Shown here one piece after another: positions 8,482 to 19,102 of a stretch of 64,000 nucleotides of DNA (positions within the stretch are counted from its first letter, which is position 1; each line of letters begins with the position of its first letter). A model generated the notes under the pieces. The model was not told where the DNA came from and searched no databases. It worked only from the letters and a program-made list of their open reading frames with translations. The DNA is from Terriglobia bacterium. GTDB taxonomy: Bacteria > Acidobacteriota > Polarisedimenticolia > Polarisedimenticolales > JAIQFR01. The stretch spans positions 128,001 to 192,000 of the forward strand of contig CAVVHE010000008.1 of NCBI GenBank assembly GCA_963748015.1, read 5' to 3'. The translations under genes and the position numbers were made by a program.

Positions 8482-11082
8482 GTGTCGAATGTCTACGTCC
8501 CGCGCGAGATCGAGCGCCGCTGGCAGGCGTACTGGCTCGAGAGCAAGACGTTCGCGGCGGAGAACCCGGGCCGGCCCGGCTTCGACCCGTCGCGGCCGAA
8601 GTACTACGTGCTCGACATGTTCCCGTACCCCTCCGGGGCGGGGCTGCACGTGGGCCACCCCGTCGGCTACATCGGGAGCGACGTCGTCGCGCGACGGAAG
8701 CGGATGGAGGGGCACAACGTCCTCCACCCGATGGGCTGGGACGCGTTCGGCCTCCCCGCGGAGCAGTACGCGATCCAGACCGGGAAGCACCCGAAGGAGA
8801 CCACGGCGGAGAACGTGGCCAACTTCCGCCGCCAGCTGCGGCTGATCGGCCTCTCGTACGACTGGGACCGCGAGGTCGAACACCAGCGACCCGGCGTACT
8901 ACCGCTGGACGCAGTGGATCTTCACGCGCCTCTTCGACCGAGGGCTGGTCTACCGGGCCGACGTTCCCGTGTGGTGGTGCGAGGAGCTGAAGACCGTCCT
9001 CGCCAACGAGGAGGTCATCAACGGCCGCTCCGAGCGCGGCAACTTCCCGTGCGTGAGGCGGCCGCTCAAGCAGTGGATGCTGCGGATCACGGCGTACGCC
9101 GACCGGCTCGTGGACGATCTCGAGGGGCTCGACTGGCCCGAGTCGGTCAAGGCGATGCAACGGGAGTGGATCGGCCGGTCGCGCGGCGCCGAGATCGTGT
9201 TCCCCCTCGCGGGGGTGCCGGGCGAGTCCCTCACCGTGTTCACCACGCGCCCCGACACGCTGTTCGGCGCGACCTTCATGGTCATCGCGCCGGAGCACCC
9301 GCTGCTCTCGAGGATCGCGACCGAGGACCGCCGCGCCGAGGTGGAGGCGTATGCCGCCGCGGCCGCGTCGAAGTCCGACCTCGACCGGACCGATCTCGCC
9401 AAGGACAAGACCGGCGTCTTCACGGGCGGTTACGCGCTGAATCCCCTGCTGGACGCGCAGGATAGCGAGCGCGCGGATCCCGGTCTTCGTCGCGGACTAC
9501 GTGCTGATCAGCTACGGCACCGGCGCGATCATGGCGGTCCCGGGGCACGACGAGCGCGACTTCGAGTTCGCGACGAAGTACGGCCTGCCGATCGTCGAGG
9601 TGGTCCGCCCGCCCGCGGGGACGCCGGGGCTCGCCGACGGCGTCTGCTTCACGGGAGACGGGACCTCCGTGAACTCGGGTCCGATCGATGGGCTCGCCAC
9701 GCCCGCAGGCGAAAGAGAAGGTGATCCGGCTCCTCGAGGAGCGGAAGGCCGGGCGCGAGAAGACGCAGTACCGCCTGCGCGACTGGCTGTTCAGCCGGCA
9801 GCGGTACTGGGGAGAGCCGTTCCCGCTCCTCCACCTCGAGGACGGGACCGTCGTGAGGGTGCCCGACGACAAGCTTCCCGTCGAGCTTCCCGAGATGAGC
9901 GATTTCACCCCGTCGGAGGACGGCTCGCCTCCGCTCGCGCGCGCGAGGGAGTGGCTCGGGACCACGGACCCCGCGGGCGGCCGCCCCGCGCGCCGCGACA
10001 CCGACACCATGCCCGGCTGGGCCGGGTCGTGCTGGTACTGGCTGCGCTTCATGGATCCGTGGAACGGCGAAGCGCCGTTCGCCCCCGAGGCCGAGAAGTA
10101 CTGGGGGCCCGTGGACCTCTACATCGGCGGCGTGTCCCACGCGGTGCTGCACCTCCTCTACGCGCGTTTCTGGCACAAGGTCCTGTACGACGCCGGCGTC
10201 GTGAGCACGCCGGAGCCGTTCCGGCGCCTGTTCAACCAGGGGCTCCTCGTCGCGCACGCCTACCAGGACGCGACCGACCGGCTCGTGCCCGCCGACGAGG
10301 TGGACGAGCTGGACGGGAAGTTCTTCCGCAGGTCGAGCGGCGAGGAAGTCCGCCAGATCGTCGCCAACATGTCGAAGTCGCTCCGGAACGTGGTGAACCC
10401 CGACGACGTGATCGCCGAGCACGGCGCCGACGCGTTCCGCCTCTACGAGATGTTCATGGCGCCGCTCTCCGACCAGCGGTCGTGGAACCCCCGCGGGATC
10501 TCGGGCTGCCGGCGTTTCCTCGACCGCTCGTGGCGGCTCCTGGTGGACGCGGACGCAGCGGGACCCGTCCGGCCGGAGCTGGCCGCGGGCGCCGCCGCGC
10601 GCCCGCTCGCGGGGCCTGCGCTCGAGCTCGAGCGCTCGCTCAACCGGATGCTCAAGCGCGTGGACGAGTCGTTCGTCGAGTTCAACTTCAACACGGCGGT
10701 CGCCGGCATGATGACGTTCGTGAACGACGCGTCGGACCGACCGGGCGCGCTCACCCGCAGCCAGGCCGAGAGGTTCGTCTCGGCGCTCTCGCCCTTCGCC
10801 CCGCACGTCGCCGAGGAGCTCTGGCGCCGCCTCGGCCACGTCGAGTCCGTCGCCCGCGCCTCGTGGCCCAAGCCCGACCCCGCGTACCTCGAGGACGAGA
10901 CGTTCGAGCTGGTCGTCCAGGTCCTCGGCAAGATGCGCGGCAAGGTGACGGCGCCCCGCGCCGCGAGCGAGGACGACCTCAAGGCCTTGGCACTCGGCGC
11001 GGTCGAGAAGTGGCTCGAGGGCAAGACCGTCGTCAAGGCGATCGTGGTCCCCGGGAGGCTGGTCAACTTCGTCGTGCGGTGA
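8482..11082 (+). CDS. leuS: Leucine--tRNA ligase; three +1 frameshifts (about 8878, 9455-9475, 9706), probably sequencing errors
   Basis: [72 protein letters not shown]; pieces spread across frames. Confidence 0.93.
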
Positions 11083-11836
11083 GGGCCGCGCGGCCGAGGT
11101 CGATCTCGTGGACTGGCTCTTGCGCGGTGGCTACCCCGAGCCCCGGCTCAATCCCGAAGTCGACAGGCAGCTCTGGTTCGGAAGCTATGTCCAGACGTAC
11201 CTCGAGCGGGACATCCGCGACTTGAGACAGGTTGGCGACCTGGACGCGTTCGGCCGTTTTCTCGGCCTGATCGCGACGCGGACCGGGAACCTCCTGAACC
11301 TCGCCGAGCTCGGCCGCGAAGCGGGGGTGAGCGGGCCCACGGCCAAGCAGTGGCTGTCTTTGCTCGAGGCGAGCCAGATCGTCTACCTGGTCCAGCCGTA
11401 CCACCGCAACTTCGGCAAGCGCATCCGGAAGAGCCCCAAGCTGTACCTGCTCGACACCGGCCTCGCGACCTTCCTTCTCGGGCTGCACTCACGCGAGGCG
11501 GTTCTCCAAGGCCCGAGCGCGGGAGCCCTGGTGGAGACGGCAGTCGTCTCGGAGTGGGTGAAGGCGTGCAGGAACAGGGGTGAGCAGCCCGGGCTGTACT
11601 TCTGGCGCTCGAGCGCCGGCCATGAAGTGGACCTCGTGATCGAGCACGACGGGCGGCTGCACGGCCTGGAAGTGAAGGCGACGGCGACGCCGACGCCCCA
11701 TCACGCTGAAGAGCTCGCCCGCTGGCTGGAGCTCGCCGGCCGGTCCGCGCGGGGTGCCCTGGCCTGCCGTGTCGACCGGCCCGTGTCGCTCCGACCGGGC
11801 ATCCGGGCCGTGCCGTGGCACCTTGGGTGGCTGTAG
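11083..11836 (+). pseudogene. 5'-truncated AAA_14/DUF4143 ATPase (C-terminal DUF4143 and nuclease-like part only)
   Basis: [42 protein letters not shown]; no Walker A region before the leuS stop. Confidence 0.65.
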
Positions 11837-12030
11837 CGCGGCCGCGCCGTCGTGCGCCCCGCCTAGCGTCGCGCCACGTGCTTCGCGCGATCGTCCAGCG
11901 GTTTCCGCGCGGTGCGTGGTAACTCGGTCATTCTCCGGCCTCGATCGCCCCTCCCGCTTGAAATGCCCACCGGCTTCGGTCAGCATAGACGGTCCGACGA
12001 CGCGGACTTTCCGCACCGAGAGGAACAACC

Positions 12031-12948
12031 ATGACCCCACGCGTGAAAGAGATCCTGTCCTGGTACGAGAGCGACAACCCGGGTGTCCGGACGAACCTCG
12101 CCCGCATGCTCAATCACGGGACCCTGGCGGGGACCGGGCGGTTCGTGATCCTGCCGGTGGACCAGGGGTTCGAGCACGGGCCGGCGCGCTCGTTCGCGCC
12201 GAACCCGCCCGGATACGACCCGCATTACCACTTCCAGCTGGCGATCGACGCGGGTTGCAACGCGTACGCCGCGCCGCTCGGGTTCCTCGAGGCGGGGGCC
12301 GCCACGTTCGCCGGCGAGGTCCCGCTGATCCTGAAGGTCAACAGCCACGAGTCGCTGCTCTCCGACAAGGACCCGATCTCGGTGCAGACCGGCAGCGTCG
12401 GCGACGCGCTCCGGCTCGGCTGCTGCGCCATCGGCTACACGGTCTACCCGGGCTCGAATCTCGCCGGCGAGATGTACGAGCAGATCCGCGACCTTGCCGA
12501 GGAGGCCAAGGCCGCCGGGCTCGCCGTCGTGATCTGGTCGTACCCTCGCGGGTCGAGCCTCTCGAAGGACGGCGAGACGGCGATGGACGTCGCGGCCTAC
12601 GCCGCGCAGATCGCGGCGCAGCTCGGCGCGCACATCATCAAGGTGAAGCTCCCCACGGCGCACCTCGAGCAGGACGCGGCGCGGAAGGTCTACGAGAAGG
12701 AGAAGGTCGCGATCGGGACGCTCACGGAGCGGGTCCGGCACGTCGTCCAGGCTGCGTTCGCGGGAAGGCGGATCGTGATCTTCTCGGGCGGCGCCAAGAC
12801 GGCCGACGCCGAGCTGCTCGAGCAGGCGAAGGCGATCAAGGACGGGGGCGGGTTCGGGTCGATCATGGGGCGCAACGCGTTCCAGCGCCCGAAGGCCGAC
12901 GCGGTCAAGCTGCTCCACTCGATCATGGACATCTACAAGAGCTCCTAG
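12031..12948 (+). CDS. fbaB: Class I fructose-bisphosphate aldolase (DhnA/FbaB type)
   Basis: ILPVDQGFEHGP, VIWSYPRG, Schiff-base HIIKVK, FSGG, GSIMGRNAFQR. Confidence 0.9.
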   Translation: MTPRVKEILSWYESDNPGVRTNLARMLNHGTLAGTGRFVILPVDQGFEHGPARSFAPNPPGYDPHYHFQLAIDAGCNAYAAPLGFLEAGAATFAGEVPLILKVNSHESLLSDKDPISVQTGSVGDALRLGCCAIGYTVYPGSNLAGEMYEQIRDLAEEAKAAGLAVVIWSYPRGSSLSKDGETAMDVAAYAAQIAAQLGAHIIKVKLPTAHLEQDAARKVYEKEKVAIGTLTERVRHVVQAAFAGRRIVIFSGGAKTADAELLEQAKAIKDGGGFGSIMGRNAFQRPKADAVKLLHSIMDIYKSS

Positions 12949-12961
12949 GAGCACGCGGCAG

Positions 12962-13038
12962 CGCGCGCCCTCGGCAGGACGTGTCCGCGCCACCCCGAAA
13001 AAGGGGTGTCTGCGGACACGTCCTGCCGAGGGCGCGCG
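12962..13038. terminator. Long hairpin between convergent genes (bidirectional terminator or palindromic element)
   Basis: Perfect 27-bp arms 12962-12988/13012-13038 plus inner CACCCC-GAAAAA-GGGGTG. Confidence 0.6.
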
Positions 13039-13084
13039 AGTCGAGCCCGGGCGCGGACAGGTGGTGCCGCGGGCTGGGAGCGCG

Positions 13085-14308
13085 TCAGGCGGCGACGCGG
13101 CTCTCGGAGCAGCGGCCGCTCCACTCGAGGGCCTCGAGGTACAGGCCGGGGCAGAGCGCCTCGGCCACGCCCGCTTCCGCGGCGCGGGCCGCGAACTCGT
13201 CCCAGTTCCCCCGCTCGTAGGCGAGCACGGCGGCGTAGAGCGCGGCGAGGGGGCTCGGTTTGCCGAGGAGCGCCGCCGCGGCGTCGTCCGAGAGGGGCAG
13301 GTCGGCGAGCAGCGAGGGGAGCGGCCGGTCGAGGACGGCGTCCATCAGCGAGAGCATACCGATGAGGAACAGCTCCTCCGCGCGGTGCGAGAGGCCGGCG
13401 AGAGGCGCCAGTAGCTCGCAGAACCGCCCCCGCGACAGCGCCTGCACCAGCAGCTCCTGGGGCTTGTCCTCGGACATGCCGGCGACCGCGACCAGGGTGA
13501 CCCAGCGACGAACCTCGCGCTCGCCGAGGAGGACGAGCGCCCGCCGGATCGAGCCGATGCGATCGCGCCAGCCGAACCAGGCCGAGTTGATGTAGCGGAG
13601 GAACTTGTAGCAGAGCCCCACGTCCTGCTTGAGGATGCGCTCGATCTTGATGAAGTCGAGGTCCGGCCGGTGGATCTCCTGCAGGATGCGGAACATCTGG
13701 AGCTTCTGGCCGGGGATGTCCTTCGCGGTGAGGATTGCCGGCCGCGCGAAGAAATACCCCTGGAAGTAGGCGTAGCCGGCCCGGGTCGCCTCCTCGAACA
13801 TCTCGCGGGTCTCGACCCTCTCGGCGACCATCCCGACGCCGCGCGGCGCCAGCCGCCGGGCGATCGCCGCGCGCGAGGCCTCGGGCGTCGAAAGAAAATC
13901 CACCTTCACGAAGTCGGCGATGGTGACCAGGGCCTCGTACTCGGGCCGGTCCGCGAAGTCGTCGAGGGCGAGATGGAACCCCGCGCTCTTGAGCCGGCGG
14001 CAGGCCTCGAGGACGTCGGGGTGGGGGGCCACCGTCTCCAGCAGCTCGATCACCGTGGTCGCCGGGGGCAGGACCGCCGGGTAGTCCTTCAGGAGCACGT
14101 CCTGGGTGACGTTGACGAAGGTCTGCTTCCCAGCGGCGATCGTCTCGATCCCGTGGAGGTGGAGGCTGTCGGCGATCACCTTCGTCGCGGCGGCGTCGAG
14201 GTCGGAGGCCAGGCAGGCGTTCTCGAAGCCGGAGCGGTAGAGGAGCTCGTAGCCGAAGACGTCCTGCTTGCGATCGAAGATCGGCTGCCTCGCGATGAAG
14301 ACGTCCAC
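13085..14308 (-). CDS. EAL + HDOD domain protein (YuxH/PdeH-like)
   Basis: VFIARQPIFD, GYELLYR, LALDDF, VAERVET, YFQGYFF, LRYINSA; GTG start inferred. Confidence 0.85.
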   Translation of the reverse strand: MDVFIARQPIFDRKQDVFGYELLYRSGFENACLASDLDAAATKVIADSLHLHGIETIAAGKQTFVNVTQDVLLKDYPAVLPPATTVIELLETVAPHPDVLEACRRLKSAGFHLALDDFADRPEYEALVTIADFVKVDFLSTPEASRAAIARRLAPRGVGMVAERVETREMFEEATRAGYAYFQGYFFARPAILTAKDIPGQKLQMFRILQEIHRPDLDFIKIERILKQDVGLCYKFLRYINSAWFGWRDRIGSIRRALVLLGEREVRRWVTLVAVAGMSEDKPQELLVQALSRGRFCELLAPLAGLSHRAEELFLIGMLSLMDAVLDRPLPSLLADLPLSDDAAAALLGKPSPLAALYAAVLAYERGNWDEFAARAAEAGVAEALCPGLYLEALEWSGRCSESRVAA

Positions 14309-14376
14309 GCCACCCCCCACACGGAGCACGGAAACGGAATCTAGGGTCCGGCGGGGGGTCAGGGCAAGGACGGGGA

Positions 14377-15621
14377 TCAGTCCCCGCGGGTGGGCGCCGG
14401 GTCGCGCCAGGGGGCGATCCAGAAGAGAAGGATGAGGCCCGGGATGGCCGACACGACGCAGAAGACGAAGAAGCCCGTCCAGCCGAGCCCCTTGGCGAGG
14501 AAGCCGGTCGGGGCGGAGGCCAGCACGCGGGGAATCCCGGTGAGGCTGCTGAACAGGGCGAACTGAGTGGCCGTGAACCGCTTGTTGGTCTGGCTGGCCA
14601 TGTACGCGGAGTAGGCGCTCGCTCCCATGCCGAAGCTGAAATTCTCGAGGGTCACGGCGCCGGCGAGCATCCCGTGCACCTTGCCCGCCTGCGCCAGCGC
14701 CGCGAAGGGGAGCACCGACAGCGCCTGGAGAATCCCGAACGCCCACAGCGACCGGCGGATCCCGAGCTTGAGCATCACGATCCCGCCGACGAGCCCGCCG
14801 ACGATCATCGACCCCAGGCCGAACAGCTTCACGACGGCGGCCAGCTCGGTCTTGGTGAAGCCGAGCTCCAGCACGAACGGCGTTGTCATGGTGGAGGCCA
14901 TCTGGTCGCCGATCTTGTAGAGGACGATGAACGCGAGGATGAGCCAGGCTCCGCGCCGCCGGAAGAAGTCGACGAACGGCTCGACCACCGCCTCCTTGAG
15001 GGTCCGCGGCGGCGGGGCGTCGAGCACCGGCTCGCGGCACAGCAGGGTGGTCGCCACCCCCACCGCCATGAAGGCCGCCATGAGGAAGTACACCGCGCGC
15101 CACGGAATGAGGTCGGCCAGCGCCAGCGCCAGGGCGCCCGAGACCAGCATGGCCAGCCGGTAGCCGCTGACGAACACGGACGTGCCGAGGCCGAGCTCCG
15201 CCTCCTCGAGCGACTCTCGCCGGTAGGCGTCAAGGACGATGTCCTGGCTCGCGCTCGTGAACGTCACGCCGACCGCGAGGAGGGCGACGACCGCAGGGGA
15301 GGCGCCGGGGTTCGAAAATCCCAGGACGGCGATCGCGACGGCGAGCGCGACCTGAATCACCAGCATCCAGCCCCGCCTCCTCCCGAGGAACGGCGGGACG
15401 TAGCGGTCGAGCAGCGGCGACCAGAGGAACTTCAGCGTGTAAGGAAGGCCCACCAGGGTGAACAGCCCGATCGCGCCCAGGTCCACCCGCTCGTCCTTCA
15501 GCCAGGCCTGGAGGGTCGAGCCGGTCAGGAGCAGGGGGAGGCCGGACGAGAAGCCGGTCGTGAGCTGCACGAGCATCCGCCCGCTGAAAACCGAGCGCAT
15601 CACCGAGGGCTTCGTGGCCAT
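14377..15621 (-). CDS. ampG: AmpG-family muropeptide MFS permease
   Basis: GFSSGLPLLL, LKFLWSPLLDR, GRRRGW, SASQDIVLDAYR, ATQFALFSS. Confidence 0.9.
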   Translation of the reverse strand: MATKPSVMRSVFSGRMLVQLTTGFSSGLPLLLTGSTLQAWLKDERVDLGAIGLFTLVGLPYTLKFLWSPLLDRYVPPFLGRRRGWMLVIQVALAVAIAVLGFSNPGASPAVVALLAVGVTFTSASQDIVLDAYRRESLEEAELGLGTSVFVSGYRLAMLVSGALALALADLIPWRAVYFLMAAFMAVGVATTLLCREPVLDAPPPRTLKEAVVEPFVDFFRRRGAWLILAFIVLYKIGDQMASTMTTPFVLELGFTKTELAAVVKLFGLGSMIVGGLVGGIVMLKLGIRRSLWAFGILQALSVLPFAALAQAGKVHGMLAGAVTLENFSFGMGASAYSAYMASQTNKRFTATQFALFSSLTGIPRVLASAPTGFLAKGLGWTGFFVFCVVSAIPGLILLFWIAPWRDPAPTRGD

Positions 15622-15807
15622 GGTCGCACAAGCTACCACGTCTCCCTCTCCGCGGATGCAGGGCGCTCCCGGGGCCGCTGGCCTGCGCGCGGCAGCCTCG
15701 TGTAGTAACATCCGAAGCTGTACGCGGGAGAGCCTCCGCCCCGGAGTTCGGGATCGGGGGAGCCATTTCGACCTGGCGAGAAGTGCCGAGGGGGTAGGAG
15801 GTTACCG

Positions 15808-16866
15808 ATGGAGAAGCGTGTCCTGGGGATCGCCGCCGCAGCCTTGCTGGCGGCCTTCTCCGCCTTTCCCGTCCTGGCCCAGGAGGCCGTTGCCCCCGAG
15901 TACAAGTGGGTCAAGGGGGAGACGGCTCGCTACAAGATGACGATCGAAAAACACCAGATGGCATCGGGCGCGCAGCAGCTGGAGCTGACCCACAATCGCT
16001 GGTTCGTGTGGGCGCAGACGGTCACGGACGTCGCCGCCGACGGCACCGCGACCGTGGAAATGAAGTTCGAATCCGCCGGAGTGCGGCTCCAGATCCCTTC
16101 GGCGCAGCTAGATTTCACCTACGACCCCGCGAACCCCGACGACGAGAAGCGCAAGACCAGCGCGCTCGCCGTCCCGTACACGGGAATCGTCGGCGAGTCC
16201 CTCACCTACAAGGTGAGCAAGAAGGGGAAGATCCTCGCAGTGACAGGCTTCGACAAGCTGGGGCAGAAGGTCATCGACGGCGTGAAGGCGGCGCCGAAAG
16301 GAGCATCCTACGTTCTCCTCGCGCAGGACGCTCTCCAGGATCTGCTGGACATGCAGATGGAGGGAGTCTTTCGCCTGCTCCCGGAGAAGCCCGTCGTCCC
16401 GGGCACCCTCTACAAGAAAGCCAAGATTCGCGAGCCGAACCCGGCCGTCGGGAACCTCATCCTCCAGACCGATTACACGCTGGCCGGCCCCGAGGCCCTG
16501 AACGGCGACGACAGCTACAAGTTCACCTACATCACGACCAAGACGCCTGAATCGCCGGCTCCGGCGGCCGGTGGAGCCGCCGCGGCGGCCCCGCCCGCGG
16601 CCCCGGGCGGCGGAAAGCTGACCGAGGCGAAGGGTTCCGGCGAGTTCTTCCTGAGCAAGTCCAAGGGATGCGTGACGAAGAGCACCTTCGGGTTCGTCGA
16701 GACCGTCGAGACACCGGTCCCGGCGGCGCCGGATGCGGCTCCGGGTACGGCGCCGGGCAGCGTCTCGCAGCGGGACGAGTTCAAGGTCGCGGTCGAACTC
16801 GCTCCGGCCGGCGCGGCCCCCGCTCCGCCAGCAGCGGCGGCGCCCGCCGAGGGCCAACCGAAGTAA
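15808..16866 (+). CDS. Exported hypothetical protein (DUF6263-like, beta-rich)
   Basis: Signal peptide ending VLA-Q, RBS AGGAGG, Ala/Pro-rich linkers. Confidence 0.65.
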   Translation: MEKRVLGIAAAALLAAFSAFPVLAQEAVAPEYKWVKGETARYKMTIEKHQMASGAQQLELTHNRWFVWAQTVTDVAADGTATVEMKFESAGVRLQIPSAQLDFTYDPANPDDEKRKTSALAVPYTGIVGESLTYKVSKKGKILAVTGFDKLGQKVIDGVKAAPKGASYVLLAQDALQDLLDMQMEGVFRLLPEKPVVPGTLYKKAKIREPNPAVGNLILQTDYTLAGPEALNGDDSYKFTYITTKTPESPAPAAGGAAAAAPPAAPGGGKLTEAKGSGEFFLSKSKGCVTKSTFGFVETVETPVPAAPDAAPGTAPGSVSQRDEFKVAVELAPAGAAPAPPAAAAPAEGQPK

Positions 16867-16898
16867 CCGGCCTCGCGGCCACGAGTCGTTAGACGTTT

Positions 16899-17029
16899 CG
16901 AAGGGCCGGGAGCTCCGGGTGACCGGGGTCCCGGCCCTTCGCCTTTCGCGGCCGCCCGTCCCCGGCGGAACGGGTTCGGAGCCGGCGCTTTTTCGGGCCG
17001 GCGAGAACCCGTTCCGCCGGGGACGGGCG
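16899..17029. other. Tandem pair of long intergenic hairpins
   Basis: 16899-16941 stem with GTGA tetraloop; perfect 25-bp arms 16953-16977/17005-17029. Confidence 0.6.
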
Positions 17030-17092
17030 TATTGCGAGGTTAGCGGCGCCAGAGACCGCCCAGGGCACCGCCGTTTCCGGCTAGAATTCCCC

Positions 17093-19024
17093 GTGCTCTT
17101 ACGGCGCATCCCGCACGTTCCCGCGATCGTCTTCCTGCTCGCGCTGTTCGTCGCGTGCGGGGCCTGGTCGGCCCTCCGCCTGTCCGCCACCTTCGACGAG
17201 ACGACGCACCTGCCGGCGGGCTTCACCTACCTCGACCGGCTGGATTTCCGTCACAACCCGGAGCACCCGCCCCTCGCCAAGATGTGGGCGGCGCTGCCCA
17301 TCTGGATCTCCGGGCGCGGGAAAGCGGACTACGCCTCGCCGAACTGGACCGGGACGCACGTTCCCGCCGCCGACCCGCTCCGTTCCCGCGCCGACCAGTG
17401 GAAGTTCGGGTACGAGTTCCTGAACGGGAGGATCGACGACCCGGTCCGCGGCGATCCGCGGCGCCTCCTGATGCCCGCCCGGATGGCGATGCTCGTTCCG
17501 GGACTCCTGCTCGGGCTGCTCGTGTACCTGCTGGCGCGGGACGTTTGGGGCAGGAACGCGGGCCTGGTCGCGCTCTTCCTGTACGCGATCTCGCCGGCGG
17601 CGCTGGCGCACGCGGGGCTCGTGACGACCGATCTCCCCTCGGCGGCGGGGTACGCGGCGACCGCCTGGTGCTTCCTCCGCTTCACGCGGTCGCCCGGGTG
17701 GAAGTGGGCCGCGGCGACCGGCCTCGCAGTCGGGGCGTCCCTCCTGACGAAATACAACGCGATCCTGCTCGGGCCGATTCTCGTACTGATGGCCGGAGCC
17801 TGGGTCGCCGAGGGGTCGCTGACCGGCGAGCGGCTCGGCCTTCGCCGCTGGCGCACGGCCGCGGCGGGGCTCGTCGCGGTGTTCGTGGTCGCGTTCGCCG
17901 TTCTCTGGGCGGGGTACGGTTTCCGGTACTCGGCGGTCGCCGACCCCGGCTACCGCCTGGAGTGGGAGATTCTCGGCAAGGCCAAGGGGCCGGCGGCGCC
18001 GGCGATCGCCTGGGCGAAGGACGCGAGGATCCTGCCGGAGGCCTGGCTCTTCGGTCTCACCTACACGCAGGGCGGCGCGTCCGCAAGGCTCGCCTACCTC
18101 AATGGCGAGACGTCGGTCACGGGATGGTGGTACTACTTCCCCGAGGCGTTCCTTCTCAAGACGCCGCCCGCGTTCGTCCTCCTGCTGCTCTGGGTCCTGG
18201 CGACGGCGGTCGCCCGGACGCGCGGCCGGTCGCTCGACGGGTGGCTGCTCGCGATCCCGCCGCTCGTTTACGTCGCCGTATCCATGGCGGGGAACCTGAA
18301 CATCGGGCACAGGCACCTCGTTCCCGTCTACCCATTCCTGTTCGCCGCCGCGGGAGGGGCGGCCGGGTTCCTCGATGGGACGCGGGTGCGCAGGGGGGCG
18401 GCGGCGGCGCTCCTCGCGGGGTGCGCGCTCTCGTTCGGTCTCGCGACGCCGCGCTACCTGTCCTACTTCAACCTGTTCGCGGGCGGGCCACGCGGCGGCT
18501 GGCGCTATCTCGCGGATTCGAACATCGACTGGGGGCAGGACCTGCCGGCGCTCAAGACCTGGGTGGACGCGAACGGCGGGAAGCCGGTGTACCTCGCCTA
18601 CTTCGGCACCGCCGATCCCAAAGCGTACGGGATCCCGTTCCGGAAGGTCCTCCGCGTGCACGACTTCGAGCCCGCGGAACCCACCGTGAGGCCCGGCGGC
18701 GGGGACGTGCTCGCGGTGAGCGTCACGCTCCTCGCGGGGGTGTACATCGAGGTGGACCGCGAGGTTGCCGACGAGGTGAGGCGGCGGGGCCTGGCCTCCG
18801 ACCTCAGGCTCAGGGACTGGATCGCGCTCCGGGACGCCCGGATCGCCCGCGGCGAGCGTTTCCCGTCGCTCGCGGAGTGGCTGGTCGCCTCCGGGATCCT
18901 CACCGGGGGCCAGCGCCGCGAGGTCGAATCCGGCCTGCTGTCCACCTGGATGCGCGGCGTCCGCGAGACGCTCACCCCCATCGGCCGCGCCGGCGATTCG
19001 ATTCTGATCTACAGGATCCCCTGA
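17093..19024 (+). CDS. GT-C membrane glycosyltransferase (family 39, PMT/ArnT-like)
   Basis: SATFDETTHL, NPEHPPLAK, HAGLVTTD, LLTKY, GWWYYFP, NIGHRHL, DSNIDWGQDL; GTG start inferred. Confidence 0.8.
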   Translation: MLLRRIPHVPAIVFLLALFVACGAWSALRLSATFDETTHLPAGFTYLDRLDFRHNPEHPPLAKMWAALPIWISGRGKADYASPNWTGTHVPAADPLRSRADQWKFGYEFLNGRIDDPVRGDPRRLLMPARMAMLVPGLLLGLLVYLLARDVWGRNAGLVALFLYAISPAALAHAGLVTTDLPSAAGYAATAWCFLRFTRSPGWKWAAATGLAVGASLLTKYNAILLGPILVLMAGAWVAEGSLTGERLGLRRWRTAAAGLVAVFVVAFAVLWAGYGFRYSAVADPGYRLEWEILGKAKGPAAPAIAWAKDARILPEAWLFGLTYTQGGASARLAYLNGETSVTGWWYYFPEAFLLKTPPAFVLLLLWVLATAVARTRGRSLDGWLLAIPPLVYVAVSMAGNLNIGHRHLVPVYPFLFAAAGGAAGFLDGTRVRRGAAAALLAGCALSFGLATPRYLSYFNLFAGGPRGGWRYLADSNIDWGQDLPALKTWVDANGGKPVYLAYFGTADPKAYGIPFRKVLRVHDFEPAEPTVRPGGGDVLAVSVTLLAGVYIEVDREVADEVRRRGLASDLRLRDWIALRDARIARGERFPSLAEWLVASGILTGGQRREVESGLLSTWMRGVRETLTPIGRAGDSILIYRIP

Positions 19025-19050
19025 AAAACGGAGCAAAACCCAACGCGGGA

Positions 19051-19080
19051 TTGACAATCGCCCTCCCGCCTCCGCACAAT
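19051..19080 (+). promoter_or_regulatory. Putative sigma70 promoter
   Basis: TTGACA-N18-CACAAT, 22 bp upstream of the ATG at 19103. Confidence 0.5.
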
Positions 19081-19102
19081 CGGCAGCGGAGGGCGAAGCG
19101 CC

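Noticed and set aside
8878..9710. Programmed frameshifting or phase variation in leuS
   Set aside because: No slippery heptamers or long homopolymers at the shifts, and similar indels occur in unrelated genes.
10366..10380. LeuRS NMSKS instead of KMSKS
   Set aside because: The first position is variable in class I synthetases, the key second Lys is kept, and one base (AAC/AAG) in an error-prone gene could explain it.
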